Part shown: positions 18,434 through 27,436 of the stretch, in pieces
Position numbering within the stretch: the first letter of the stretch is position 1
Layout: each line of letters begins with the position of its first letter
NCBI GenBank assembly: GCA_045863395.1
Contig: BTVJ01000085.1
Coordinates: 1-33,020, forward strand
From: Myxococcales bacterium
GTDB lineage: Bacteria; Myxococcota_A; UBA9042; JABWCM01; BTVJ01
Direction of reading: 5' to 3'
DNA: 33,020 bases
Made by a program: the position numbers and the translations under genes
Notes under the pieces: model-generated
Database searches by the model: none
Seen by the model: only the letters and a program-made list of their open reading frames with translations
What the model was told of the DNA's origin: nothing

Positions 18434-19165
18434 TCAGTGCTTGCGCAGGATCCGCGCCTTGTAGACCGTCGCTGGGCCCTCCTTGCGAACGGCGGTCAGG
18501 CGCACGAGTCCCAGGTGGAGGTCGACGGTGCGCTGGTTCTCCAGGCGCACGGTCACGCGCTCGAAGTCGGGCTGGTTGACGACCACGCACCGGCCAAAGC
18601 GCGGATGCTCGAGGATGTCGCCGGGACTGGTGGAGACCTCCTCGGGCTCCTCGGCGCCCGTCTCGTCCTGAGCGTCGTCGACCAGCGTCTCCGGTGGCGC
18701 ACCATGGTGCCCATGGGGGTCATCCGGGGCGCGGAGCTGGAGCCACTGAGGCAGGCCGGTGGCTCGGTCCTCATTGCGGATGAGGACGATGTCGTCGAAG
18801 GAGGTGGCCACGAACTCGAAGGCGATGACCTCGGCGTCGGCGAGTCGGCCCGCCCAGGTGCGCCCCGCTCCGTCGACGAGGACCGCGTGAAGGTGGACCA
18901 CCGTGTCGCCGGCATGCTGGCTCGCGGTGCCCTGGGCCGCTGCGATGGTCAGAGGTCCCTGGATGTGGGCCTCCGGGACGGAGGTCTCGCGGGTGGTGGC
19001 GTCGTACCGGACGATGCGGGCCTTGCGCAGGTACCCCGACCCGCGCACCTCGCCGCACGCGATCCGGTGCTGGCGGCAGGCGTCCTCGAGTGTGGACACG
19101 AGCTCGCTGCCCGCGTCCAGCCGGCCGACGAAGTGCCGTCCCAGGTCGGTCCTCGTGAGGATCAT
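18434..19165 (-). CDS. PPC/DUF296-domain protein with a C-terminal Tudor/SH3-like domain, 243 aa
   Basis: GRHFVGRLDAGSELVSTL...I..G.V.GSG.L and VHLHAVL motifs of DUF296; acidic linker; tail PGDILEHPRFGRCVVV; AGGAG RBS. Confidence 0.75.
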   Translation of the reverse strand: MILTRTDLGRHFVGRLDAGSELVSTLEDACRQHRIACGEVRGSGYLRKARIVRYDATTRETSVPEAHIQGPLTIAAAQGTASQHAGDTVVHLHAVLVDGAGRTWAGRLADAEVIAFEFVATSFDDIVLIRNEDRATGLPQWLQLRAPDDPHGHHGAPPETLVDDAQDETGAEEPEEVSTSPGDILEHPRFGRCVVVNQPDFERVTVRLENQRTVDLHLGLVRLTAVRKEGPATVYKARILRKH

Positions 19166-19291
19166 CGCTGCGTGCTCCTGTGCGCCACCGACACCGCGGG
19201 CGCCTGTGGCGTTCGCCTATGCCGGCAGGGGGTGCGTCTTGCTGCCGAGGGGCCCTGCGTTCGGGAGGCGCCCTCGCGTCCAGGCGCGGGA

Positions 19292-19320
19292 ACCATACTC
19301 CCCGCGCTTCCTCGGGACAA
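19292..19320 (-). promoter_or_regulatory. Candidate sigma70-type promoter for the DUF296 gene
   Basis: Minus strand TTGTCC-17 nt-TATGGT. Confidence 0.45.
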
Positions 19321-19347
19321 GGTCCGTCCGAGCGCCCATGGCTGGTA

Positions 19348-19869
19348 CTACGATTGCGGTGCAACCGGGTCCGAGGACTCCAGCTTCCAGTCGCCGTCGT
19401 CGTAGACCATGGTCAGGGACCGGATGGCGCCATCGGCCGCATAGGCGAAGACGATGACCCGGCCGTCCCCGGGGACGAAGGAGGACGGAGGCTCCAGGTC
19501 CCCGCCCCCTGGGGGGATCACCGTCACACGAACGGGGTGTACGCCCACCAGCAGGTTGACCGGATCGATGCCCTGGCGCGACAGGCCCTCCAGGATCGCG
19601 GGTCCGGGTGTCTCACTTGCGCCGATGCGAGCAGTGGCGGCCGCACGGGCCGCGGGGCCGAGGCGGGCCCAGGCGCGTTGCCACTGCCCCGCCCCCAGGT
19701 GGCCGATCAGCTCGCGGGCGCGTATGGAGGGGGCGTCGTCGAAGAGCCGCAGGCCGTCCATCTGTGCGACCTGGAAGGTCAGCTCGTCCTCTCCGATGAG
19801 CGGCTCGAGAGCGGCGCCTGGACCGCAGGCGACGGACGACACCACGAGGAGGGCAGGGAAGGCGCGCAT
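19348..19869 (-). CDS. Hypothetical lipoprotein, 173 aa
   Basis: Short signal with SVA-C; C-terminal MVYDDGDWKL resembles an NTF2-like terminal strand; 27 bp after the upstream gene. Confidence 0.6.
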   Translation of the reverse strand: MRAFPALLVVSSVACGPGAALEPLIGEDELTFQVAQMDGLRLFDDAPSIRARELIGHLGAGQWQRAWARLGPAARAAATARIGASETPGPAILEGLSRQGIDPVNLLVGVHPVRVTVIPPGGGDLEPPSSFVPGDGRVIVFAYAADGAIRSLTMVYDDGDWKLESSDPVAPQS

Positions 19870-19896
19870 CGGTGTGGGTACTCGCGGGTTGGTGAG

Positions 19897-21762
19897 TCAG
19901 GGCTGGGCTTGGCGGACGGCGGACCAGGTCCCCTTGAAGTTGCTCGACGTCGCATTCTGGATCAGGATCTGGCCGCTCCACTTGCCGTCCTCCAGCTTGT
20001 CGACAATCAGGTCGTCGTTCGTGTCCACCATCTTTGCCGAACCTTGGAGCGTCGCAAAGGAGGGCGTCGCCAGACCCTCCAGGTAGCTCTGGACCGGCGC
20101 CACGAGCAACGTCACCGTAGACTTGCAGGCCTTGTACGTGTCGGCGTAGTCGACCCACTTGTCCAGCGACTTGGCGATGCCGTCGCAGCCGACGATGGCC
20201 ACCGCGGCGTCTACCAGGGTGTCTTTGCCAGTCAGGTACTTGAGGATGACCTTCTGCAGCACGAACAAGATGAGCTTGCCGTAGTTCAACGCCAGCTCAT
20301 GGGGAGAGACCGACAGCGTGTCGAAGCTGACGATGTTGCCCGTCCACTGCCCGCCCAGCAGGTCCATCGGGAAGCTGCCGTTGTTGTTGAACTGGTCCAT
20401 GGTGAAGGGCATCTTGCCGCAGTCCTCGTAGTCGGGGGCGTTCTTGTCGCAGCCCAGCTTCCAGGTGAGGACGATGCCGGTGTAGTTGATGGTCCCCTGG
20501 ACGTAGTAGTCGCTCGACAGCTTGGAGATCTTGAGGATGCCAGTCAGCTCCAGCCGCTTGACGATCTGCAGCAGGTCCTGTCCGACGGTGAAGATGTCCT
20601 GCACCCACTCGGGGGCGTCGTTGAGGACCCAGTCCGTCACGAGATCGGCCAGCGCGTTGCCGAAGAGGCCGAAGATGGCGTCGGTGAGCAGGCCGCCCAG
20701 GTACTGCTTCACCAGGTTCTTGATCTGATTGATGAGGAACGCGCCCGGATCGTAGAAGAGCTGCGTCAGCGCATCGACGATCTCTCCGAGCTGCCCCGGG
20801 ATCGCCCCCGTGAAGTCGAAGATGTTGTCCAGGTCGTAGGTGCCGGCCGGGTTGAGCACCAGCATGTAGAGGTCCAGGGTCGCCTCGGCCGTCTCGGCGA
20901 CGGGGACGTAGATCCCGTCACGGCAACCGGCCGCCGCCAGGTTCGCCAGCGGACCCTTGGCCGTCGCGATGACCGTATACGTCTTGCCTCCCTCCAGGCC
21001 GTCGAACTGCGGCTTGGCGTTGACGTTGATCACCGTCTTCTCGCCGAGCGTGGTCACGGGTGGCTGGGTCGCCTTGAAGGCGCCGCACAGGAAGCTGCCA
21101 GGCATCAGGCGCACCGAGATCGTGTTGATCTCGATTCCGCCCTGGTACTTCAGCGTGATCCGCAGGTTGCCCGTCGGGAAGTTGCCCACCCCGACCTGGG
21201 CCGTGACTGGCTCGGCGTTGTCGGCAGTGACCTCCAGGGTGTAGAGGACGTCCGAGGTCAGGTTGGCCCGAAAGACGATCTGTGCGAGCCCGTTGTGATC
21301 GGTGAAGGTCGCGTCCGCTGAGAGCTCAGCGTCCCCTGGGGCGCCAGCGCCGACCGCGTCGATGATCTCCCAGTTGAGGAGCACGTTCTCCGCCGCGCCG
21401 CCAGTGCCATAGTCGATGACCTTGACGATGACGGTGCGCTCCTCGTTGACGTGGAGCGCCATGGGCGTGCTGCTGTCGTGGAGGAAGATGATCTCCAGCT
21501 TGTCGAAGGAGGGGAGGGGAGCGTCTGGACCGGACTGGCCGCCCTTGACGTCCGGCTTCTGGCCTTGGGGATTGCCTCCGACCGGGCCGACGGTGGCGTC
21601 CTCGTCGCCCGTCGTCTGCCCCCCCCCCTGGGGCTGTCCGCCCGCATTGATGCTGGCGTCATCGAAGGGATTTCCGCCGCCGACCTCATCCGACGAGCAG
21701 GCGGGGACAGCGATGGACCACGCGAGGGCCGTGGCCATCAAGGCGTTGCGGAGGCGATTCAT
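19897..21762 (-). CDS. Hypothetical lipoprotein with Ig-like N-terminal region and mixed helical/beta C-terminal domain, 621 aa
   Basis: GGAG RBS; signal ending VPA-C; G/P/Q-rich linker; TFTDHNGLAQIVF (Big-like strand); long ORF with protein-like composition. Confidence 0.75.
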   Translation of the reverse strand: MNRLRNALMATALAWSIAVPACSSDEVGGGNPFDDASINAGGQPQGGGQTTGDEDATVGPVGGNPQGQKPDVKGGQSGPDAPLPSFDKLEIIFLHDSSTPMALHVNEERTVIVKVIDYGTGGAAENVLLNWEIIDAVGAGAPGDAELSADATFTDHNGLAQIVFRANLTSDVLYTLEVTADNAEPVTAQVGVGNFPTGNLRITLKYQGGIEINTISVRLMPGSFLCGAFKATQPPVTTLGEKTVINVNAKPQFDGLEGGKTYTVIATAKGPLANLAAAGCRDGIYVPVAETAEATLDLYMLVLNPAGTYDLDNIFDFTGAIPGQLGEIVDALTQLFYDPGAFLINQIKNLVKQYLGGLLTDAIFGLFGNALADLVTDWVLNDAPEWVQDIFTVGQDLLQIVKRLELTGILKISKLSSDYYVQGTINYTGIVLTWKLGCDKNAPDYEDCGKMPFTMDQFNNNGSFPMDLLGGQWTGNIVSFDTLSVSPHELALNYGKLILFVLQKVILKYLTGKDTLVDAAVAIVGCDGIAKSLDKWVDYADTYKACKSTVTLLVAPVQSYLEGLATPSFATLQGSAKMVDTNDDLIVDKLEDGKWSGQILIQNATSSNFKGTWSAVRQAQP

Positions 21763-21791
21763 GGGCGTGCTCCCTGGCGTACGACGCTTCG

Positions 21792-21820
21792 ATTGTAGAC
21801 AACGGCGCTGGCGTGCGCAA
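21792..21820 (-). promoter_or_regulatory. Sigma70-type promoter for the 621-aa lipoprotein
   Basis: Minus strand TTGCGC-17 nt-TACAAT, ~30 nt before the ATG. Confidence 0.6.
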
Positions 21821-21887
21821 CCAGGCCGACCGGGTTCCCGTTACGCAGCGCCGCCCGGGTGATCCACGGTGCCCCTCGCCCGGCCAG

Positions 21888-21915
21888 TTGCCAAGGAGGA
21901 GCATCCTGCTATAAT
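21888..21915 (+). promoter_or_regulatory. Near-consensus sigma70 promoter
   Basis: TTGCCA-16 nt-TATAAT with extended -10 TGn, followed by an AT-rich leader. Confidence 0.65.
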
Positions 21916-21988
21916 CGCTGCCAAGCTCGCTGGAAGTTCAATACAACTTCTTGAATTTATTTACTTTCCGCCCACTGGAGGGGTCTGG

Positions 21989-22414
21989 ATGGTATCCCAC
22001 GAGGACATCACGCGCGCGCTGGAGCAGCGGTTCGACTACTACTCGGCCCGGTACATCCTTCGAGAGGCGCTGAAGAGTGCGACCCTCTCGGAGAAGCCGT
22101 CCTACGATGAGCAGGAGGTGGCGGCTCTGGCCACGGCTCTGTCCGGGATGGAGACCCGCGTCGAAGGAGTCGTGGCCCGGCTGCGGAGCTTGTCCACTGG
22201 GTCCTCGGCTGCGCCGGCGCCCGGGCCGGCTGCGCCGACGGAGGAGCCCGCGGCGCCGGTTGCCGACACGGCCGCCCTGGAGGGCGCAGAGGCCAGCGAA
22301 GAGGTGGTCTCTGAGGGGGCGGTCCCCGACGAGGCCGTCGCGTCGGAGCACGAGGAGCCGGCGGAGGGGGAGGACGCGGACGCCAAGGGTCGCAAGGGCC
22401 GCCGCAAGAAGTAG
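21989..22414 (+). CDS. Small cytoplasmic hypothetical protein (helical N-domain, acidic linker, basic tail), 141 aa
   Basis: ATG 21989 with GGAGG RBS; ends KGRKGRRKK. Confidence 0.75.
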   Translation: MVSHEDITRALEQRFDYYSARYILREALKSATLSEKPSYDEQEVAALATALSGMETRVEGVVARLRSLSTGSSAAPAPGPAAPTEEPAAPVADTAALEGAEASEEVVSEGAVPDEAVASEHEEPAEGEDADAKGRKGRRKK

Positions 22415-22466
22415 TGCTCTCGCCGGGCCCAGGGCCGGCACCGCGGCTCCCGCCAGCGCGTCGGCG

Positions 22467-24041
22467 TCACCTGCGCCGCGACGACCCCGGATGGTAGTAC
22501 CTCCCGGTCCCATCCTCGTCCGTGCCGTCATCGACCATCGCGGCGTCCGCGTTGGGAAAGGCGATGGTCATCCCCTCCTTGAACGCCTGGTTGGCGCCAC
22601 GATCCTCACGGCGACGGGGAGGCGCCGGGTCAGGGATGTACTCCCGCTGCGTCGGGCCGTCCCCCTCCGGTCGTTCCCGTCGGCGAGGCGATGGATCACT
22701 GCCGGCGTCCCGAGCCGCCCCACCCGGCAGGTAGTGGTAGTGCGCATCATCGGCGCGGGACACGCGCTGCTGAGGCTCCGCCATCGACTCCCTGGAGCTC
22801 TGGCGCTGAGGTGGGCGCTCGCTCGGGGCGGGAGCGGACGCGCGCCTCGGGGGACGCTGAAGGGGCTCGGGCGAAGAGCGCACCGGGCCATCGATGCTCA
22901 CGACGCTCTGTGCTGGGTGGTGCGACTCCGACCGCCCCTGCCACGGCGCCGCCGGGACAAGATCCCCGGGCGACAGCGGCATGCGCAGAGTGTTGCGCAC
23001 CCGTCCGTCGGACGCCTCGGCGACCACGGACGGCTCCGGCTCCGAGCGCTCCGGTACCCGCACCGGTCTATCTGATGCGCGGGTCGCACGGTCGACGGGC
23101 GCGGGCTCGGGTGCCGCGTCCGGCGAGCGTCGGAGGCGCGCTCGGCCAGTCGCAAGCGGCTCAGCGAGTGGAGCGTCAGGGGCGTGAATCGCGAAGGACG
23201 GCTCTGGCCGCGACGCGGGGAGGGGCGGGGCTGGTACGACTGGCCGAGACACACCAGCCGTCGGTCGCTCCGGCACGCGCTCCGGTGGGCGCTCCGGCAG
23301 GCGGCTGGAGATCCTCTCCGGGGCCGCGCCCGGCGCCCTCTCCGACCCACCGCCGGCGGGGACGGTCCGCTCGGGTCCAGGCTGGGTGGCGGGTCGCCGC
23401 GCGCGCGCCTCTCCTGCACGTCTGATCCGCACCAGGATGTGCGTCGTGCCAATGTCGATGGTGTCCCCGTCATCGATGCGGCGCCGCGCATCCAGGGGCT
23501 GGCCGTTGAGCAGTGTCCCACGCTCGCTGCGCATGTCCAGGGCGAAGACGCCATGCTCACAGAAGTTCTCGATGAGCAGGTGGGTGTCGGAGATCTTGTC
23601 GTCGTCGATGAGCACGTCCCCGTGCCGCCGCCCAACCCGCACCATGGGCTTGTTGATGGTGACCCCGAACGGGATGTCACCTTCCCGCTGGATGATCAGG
23701 TTGAGGGCGGTCTCCGAGGTCCGGTGCTCCTCCGCGTAGAGCAGGTGGATCGGGCCGAGGCGGATCTCGTCGCCGTTGCGCAGCGTCTTGACCCCCTCGA
23801 CCTTCTCGTCGTTGAGCTCCGTATAGCTCCCCGCGACTGCGACGAGCTGGTACTCGGGGCCGGCGAGGAACACCTCTGCGTGGCGAGGGAGGATCGCCTC
23901 GTCGCGGATCACGATGTCGTTGTCCTCGGCGCGGCCAAGCAGAACGCGAGGCTTCGTGAAGAAGAATCGGAAGTAGCGCTCCCCGTCCTGGAGGAAGAGG
24001 TACGCCTTGGGAGGATTGTCCGCAGAGTCCGCACCAGCCAC
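22467..24041 (-). CDS. Protein with two FHA domains and a long Pro/Arg-rich disordered tail, ~524 aa
   Basis: GTG 24041 with AAGGAG RBS; FHA1 LLGRAEDNDIVI..HA..LRNGDEIRLG; FHA2 VGRRHGDVLIDDDKISDTH..DMRSERGTLLNG..IDDGDTIDIG. Confidence 0.8.
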   Translation of the reverse strand: MAGADSADNPPKAYLFLQDGERYFRFFFTKPRVLLGRAEDNDIVIRDEAILPRHAEVFLAGPEYQLVAVAGSYTELNDEKVEGVKTLRNGDEIRLGPIHLLYAEEHRTSETALNLIIQREGDIPFGVTINKPMVRVGRRHGDVLIDDDKISDTHLLIENFCEHGVFALDMRSERGTLLNGQPLDARRRIDDGDTIDIGTTHILVRIRRAGEARARRPATQPGPERTVPAGGGSERAPGAAPERISSRLPERPPERVPERPTAGVSRPVVPAPPLPASRPEPSFAIHAPDAPLAEPLATGRARLRRSPDAAPEPAPVDRATRASDRPVRVPERSEPEPSVVAEASDGRVRNTLRMPLSPGDLVPAAPWQGRSESHHPAQSVVSIDGPVRSSPEPLQRPPRRASAPAPSERPPQRQSSRESMAEPQQRVSRADDAHYHYLPGGAARDAGSDPSPRRRERPEGDGPTQREYIPDPAPPRRREDRGANQAFKEGMTIAFPNADAAMVDDGTDEDGTGRYYHPGSSRRR

Positions 24042-24150
24042 ACGCAGCTCCTTCCCCCCGTGGTCAGCGGCGGTGCTCAGATGCAGCCGGGCGCCCAGCA
24101 ACGATCGGGAGGAGCCAGAGGATATCACACAGGCCGGCGGGAGGGGCTCC

Positions 24151-24169
24151 AAAAAACGGGGCGGCCCCG
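24151..24169 (-). terminator. Possible intrinsic terminator downstream of the 123-aa lipoprotein
   Basis: Minus strand CGGGG-CCG-CCCCG followed by TTTTTT; short stem. Confidence 0.4.
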
Positions 24170-24237
24170 CGCCGGTGAGGCGCGGTCCGTGGTCCCGGGG
24201 AGCGCACCCCACAGGGAGAGCGGCAGACCCGGCGTCG

Positions 24238-24609
24238 TCAGGGGGCGGGGCGCGCGGGGCGGTCCGTCGCCGGATCGCGGGAGGGCGGCTCGACCGGGGG
24301 AACCACGGCGGAGCGCTCCACGCGCCGACCGATCTGATCCTCTAGTTTGGCGAGCTCGTCCAGGTAGTTCTCCTCGGTGATCTGCTTGGCGACCTCCTCC
24401 GCGTGCTCCTCCACGGAGAGCACCTTGATGGCGGGCTCCGCGGGGCGAGCAGGACGGGCCTCCGGGGACGGTGGTGCCGGCTCGGGGGACTCGGCGGCCT
24501 CCTGCTCCTCGGCGGCCGGCTCAGCGGGCTTCGCAGGCTTCTCGTCCTTCTTGCACCCGACGAGGCCGAGGGCCAGCGCCAGGACCAACAACCGCATCAG
24601 CGCTCTCAT
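24238..24609 (-). CDS. Small hypothetical lipoprotein, 123 aa
   Basis: Lipobox LVG-C followed by KKDEKP; P/A/E linker; helical motif QITEENYLDELAKLEDQI; ATGA overlap with the upstream gene. Confidence 0.75.
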   Translation of the reverse strand: MRALMRLLVLALALGLVGCKKDEKPAKPAEPAAEEQEAAESPEPAPPSPEARPARPAEPAIKVLSVEEHAEEVAKQITEENYLDELAKLEDQIGRRVERSAVVPPVEPPSRDPATDRPARPAP

Positions 24610-25286
24610 CGCTCACCTCCGGCCGCGCCCTCGGGGCGCTGCGGCGTGGGGCGGGCAGGAACTGGCCGCGCTGGGAGCGGGCGCTCCGCCACCGGCCGCC
24701 CCTCCACGCGGAGGCCGGGACGGACGGGAGGTCGGAGCGCAGCGCCGTCCTTCCTGTCCTTCACAGCGGTGACCTGGGTGTCATAGAGCGTCTGCTCCTT
24801 GGTGAGCAGGCTGTCTGCCCGGGCCACCGCCGCGGCGTCCTTGGCCTGCTCGGCCAGGGCCCGGATGCGACGGAGCTGGGCGACGCGCCGGTTGTGGGCG
24901 TTCTGGAGGCTGGCCAGGCGCAGCTCCATGCGGCTCTGCTCCAGCTCGGGTGACACCGGCCGAAGGTTGCGACCGGCCAGGGCGGTCTCACGCGCGCCGA
25001 TGGCGCGGAGGCGCTCGGCTCGCTCACCGGTCAGGTTCGCCGCGCGGGCGCGGCGCTCGCGCAGGAGGCGCTCCCGGGCCTCCGGGCTCAGGTCCGCCGG
25101 AGTGGGGCTGGGCTTGATGCCCCGCTCCGCAGCCGCCGCGGCACGGCGTTCTCGCTCCTCCTGCATGCGGGCGGTGCGCTCCGCGTCGGTGGCCGGGCGC
25201 GCGGGCTCCGGTGCTTGGGCGCTCGCGCCGAGCGGCGCCCCGCACAGGGCGACGAGGAGCGCGACTCCCAGGAACTTCGATGACAT
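24606..25286 (-). CDS. Secreted helical Arg/Ala/Glu-rich hypothetical protein, 226 aa
   Basis: AGGAGG RBS; signal peptide ending ASA-Q; coiled-coil-like composition. Confidence 0.7.
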   Translation of the reverse strand: MSSKFLGVALLVALCGAPLGASAQAPEPARPATDAERTARMQEERERRAAAAAERGIKPSPTPADLSPEARERLLRERRARAANLTGERAERLRAIGARETALAGRNLRPVSPELEQSRMELRLASLQNAHNRRVAQLRRIRALAEQAKDAAAVARADSLLTKEQTLYDTQVTAVKDRKDGAALRPPVRPGLRVEGRPVAERPLPARPVPARPTPQRPEGAAGGER

Positions 25287-25469
25287 GTGTGAATCCTCCT
25301 ACGTGGGGTGGCCACGGGTTGGCCGCCGAGACAACGTGAGCCACCCGTCGTGCATTCCTGACGGGACGCAGCGGCTCCGGTCGGCCGTCATGGCGCGTCC
25401 GCCGACCTGGACAGGGGGCGCACCCGACTATGAAGCGGCGCGAGAGCCTAGCGCCTCACCCGGCGCTCG

Positions 25470-27293
25470 TCAATCGCCGGGCGGGCAGGGCGCCGTGATC
25501 GTCAGATCATCAACCCATACGCCGGGGTGGGCGTTGTCCTCTCCGTCCATCGAATCGAAGCGCAGCAGGATCCGGATCGACTGTTCCGCCCACAGCGACA
25601 GGGACAAGGGCCCCAACGGCGCCCAGCCTGGGGCAGGAGAGCCGTCGGCGTGCTCCAGCCACCAGGGCTCCGGCGCCTCGGCGCTCGACCACACCAGGGT
25701 CTCGGTTCCGCCTGCGTCGCGCACAAGGACCATCAGCACGTCCCTGTCCAAGGTGCCCGTGCCCGCGGTGAACTCCGTGTCGAGCCGCACCTGGAGGTCG
25801 AGCGTCGCTGCGACGTGGGGCAGGGCGACCTCCGGGGACACGGCGGTGACGACCACCCGCTCGCCCGTCTCGTAGGTGCCGGTGACCGGGTCCCCCAGGC
25901 GCAGGCTCGCCGAGGGCGACACCGCGTGCTCCGTCGACGGCGCCCACGTCACCCCGTCGCCCGGAGCCTCGTCGACGTCGACGGTGAACCCGGCCATGTC
26001 CAGCGCTCCGAAGGTCGCCAGGAGGAGCGGGTGCACGGCGCAGCATGGGGGACCCGGGACCGGTGACTGCTCGCACGTGTTGGCCACGCAGGAGCTGGTC
26101 GTGCATGGGTCACCGTCGTCGCAGTCCGCGTCCGCGACGCAGCACGTCGGGTCATCGATCTCCAGGTGGGCGCAGCCTCCGGGTGTGCACTGGTCGAGCG
26201 TGCACGGATCGCCGTCGTCGCAGCTCCCGTCTCCGAAGGTGCACAGACCGGTCGCCGGGCTGCACCCGTCCGTCGTGCAGGGGTTGCCGTCGTCGCAGGG
26301 CAGCGCCTCATGGGCGCACCCCGCGGTCATGGAGCAGGAGTCGGCGGTGCAGGCATCGCCGTCGTCGCAGCCCAGAGCCAGGTGGGCGCAGCCGGTGACG
26401 GGGTGGCACGTGTCCGCGGTGCAGGCATCGTCATCGTCGCAGGGGTCTGGGGCGTGGGCGCATCCGAGGTGTGGCTCGCACCAGTCGACCGTGCACAGGT
26501 CGAGGTCGCCGCAATACGTGGGCTCGGCGACGCAGGCGCCGCCCGCGCACGTGCTCTGGGTGCAGGGATCCGCGTCGATGCAGTCCGCGTCGCTGGAGCA
26601 GCAGCCCGGGACCCCGCTCGGCGTGTGCGCGCACGCTCCCCCATCGCAGGTGTCCGTCGTGCACCCGTCACCGTCGTCACAGCCCAGCGGCACCTGGAAG
26701 CACCCGATGTTGGCGTTGCAGGCGTCCACAGTGCATGGGTCGCCGTCGTCACAGGCCACCGGGCCGTAGGAGCACCCCACAGGAGGGGCGCAGTGCTCGT
26801 CGGTGCAGGCGTCATCGTCCCCGCAGTCCAGGGGCGGGTGCGAGCACCCGACCGGGATCGAGCAGAGGTCTGCGGTGCATGGGTCGTCGTCGTCACAGAT
26901 CATCGGGTCGTGGGCGCAGCTCCCGGCGTCGCAGCGATCAGACGTGCAGGGGTCTCCGTCGTCGCAGCTCGCGTCGCCCTCGCAGGGGGACGGGCCGCCG
27001 TCGCCCGGCGCCCACTGGTCCTCGACGGCATCGGGGGCGTCCGCCGTGGCGTCCGCCGTGGCATCCTCGCCCGCGTCCTGGTCGATGGCTCCATCGCCGT
27101 CCGTGTCGTCCCCTTCGGTCGGCGTGTCCGATGGGCTCGCATCGTCCCCGCCGGGGGAGCCGTCCCCGACGGAGGTGTCACCCTCGGCCCCGTCGATCAG
27201 CGCATCGACCCCGGAGTCGGAGGGCTCCGCGCCGTCACCCCCGCACGCGGCCAGCGCCATCGAGAGGAGCACGAGCGTGGACAGGCTTCTCAT
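25470..27293 (-). CDS. Lipoprotein with 12 Cys-rich CDDGDPCT.D.C repeats (Dictyostelium CTDC-like) and a C-terminal beta-sandwich domain, 607 aa
   Basis: Lipobox LAA-C; acidic linker; 12 repeat units counted in the translation; terminal LLRFDSMDGEDNAHPGVWVDDLTI typical of jelly-roll/MAM-like domains. Confidence 0.8.
   Translation of the reverse strand: MRSLSTLVLLSMALAACGGDGAEPSDSGVDALIDGAEGDTSVGDGSPGGDDASPSDTPTEGDDTDGDGAIDQDAGEDATADATADAPDAVEDQWAPGDGGPSPCEGDASCDDGDPCTSDRCDAGSCAHDPMICDDDDPCTADLCSIPVGCSHPPLDCGDDDACTDEHCAPPVGCSYGPVACDDGDPCTVDACNANIGCFQVPLGCDDGDGCTTDTCDGGACAHTPSGVPGCCSSDADCIDADPCTQSTCAGGACVAEPTYCGDLDLCTVDWCEPHLGCAHAPDPCDDDDACTADTCHPVTGCAHLALGCDDGDACTADSCSMTAGCAHEALPCDDGNPCTTDGCSPATGLCTFGDGSCDDGDPCTLDQCTPGGCAHLEIDDPTCCVADADCDDGDPCTTSSCVANTCEQSPVPGPPCCAVHPLLLATFGALDMAGFTVDVDEAPGDGVTWAPSTEHAVSPSASLRLGDPVTGTYETGERVVVTAVSPEVALPHVAATLDLQVRLDTEFTAGTGTLDRDVLMVLVRDAGGTETLVWSSAEAPEPWWLEHADGSPAPGWAPLGPLSLSLWAEQSIRILLRFDSMDGEDNAHPGVWVDDLTITAPCPPGD
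26080..26966 (-). repeat. Coding tandem repeat (CTDC-like, ~24 aa unit)
   Basis: Recurring gtgca...gtcgtcgca pattern on + strand at ~72 bp spacing. Confidence 0.8.
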
Positions 27294-27436
27294 GAGGTGC
27301 TCCCTGGCGGGGAAATGCTAGAACGTCACGCCCGCCGCGGTTGTCCAGGTGTCGGTCGATGCAGGCGGTATACGTCCATACTCCACGGAACGCAGCGGGA
27401 TCAACGGGGGGCCGCACCGAGGGCGAGAGGCGGGGG

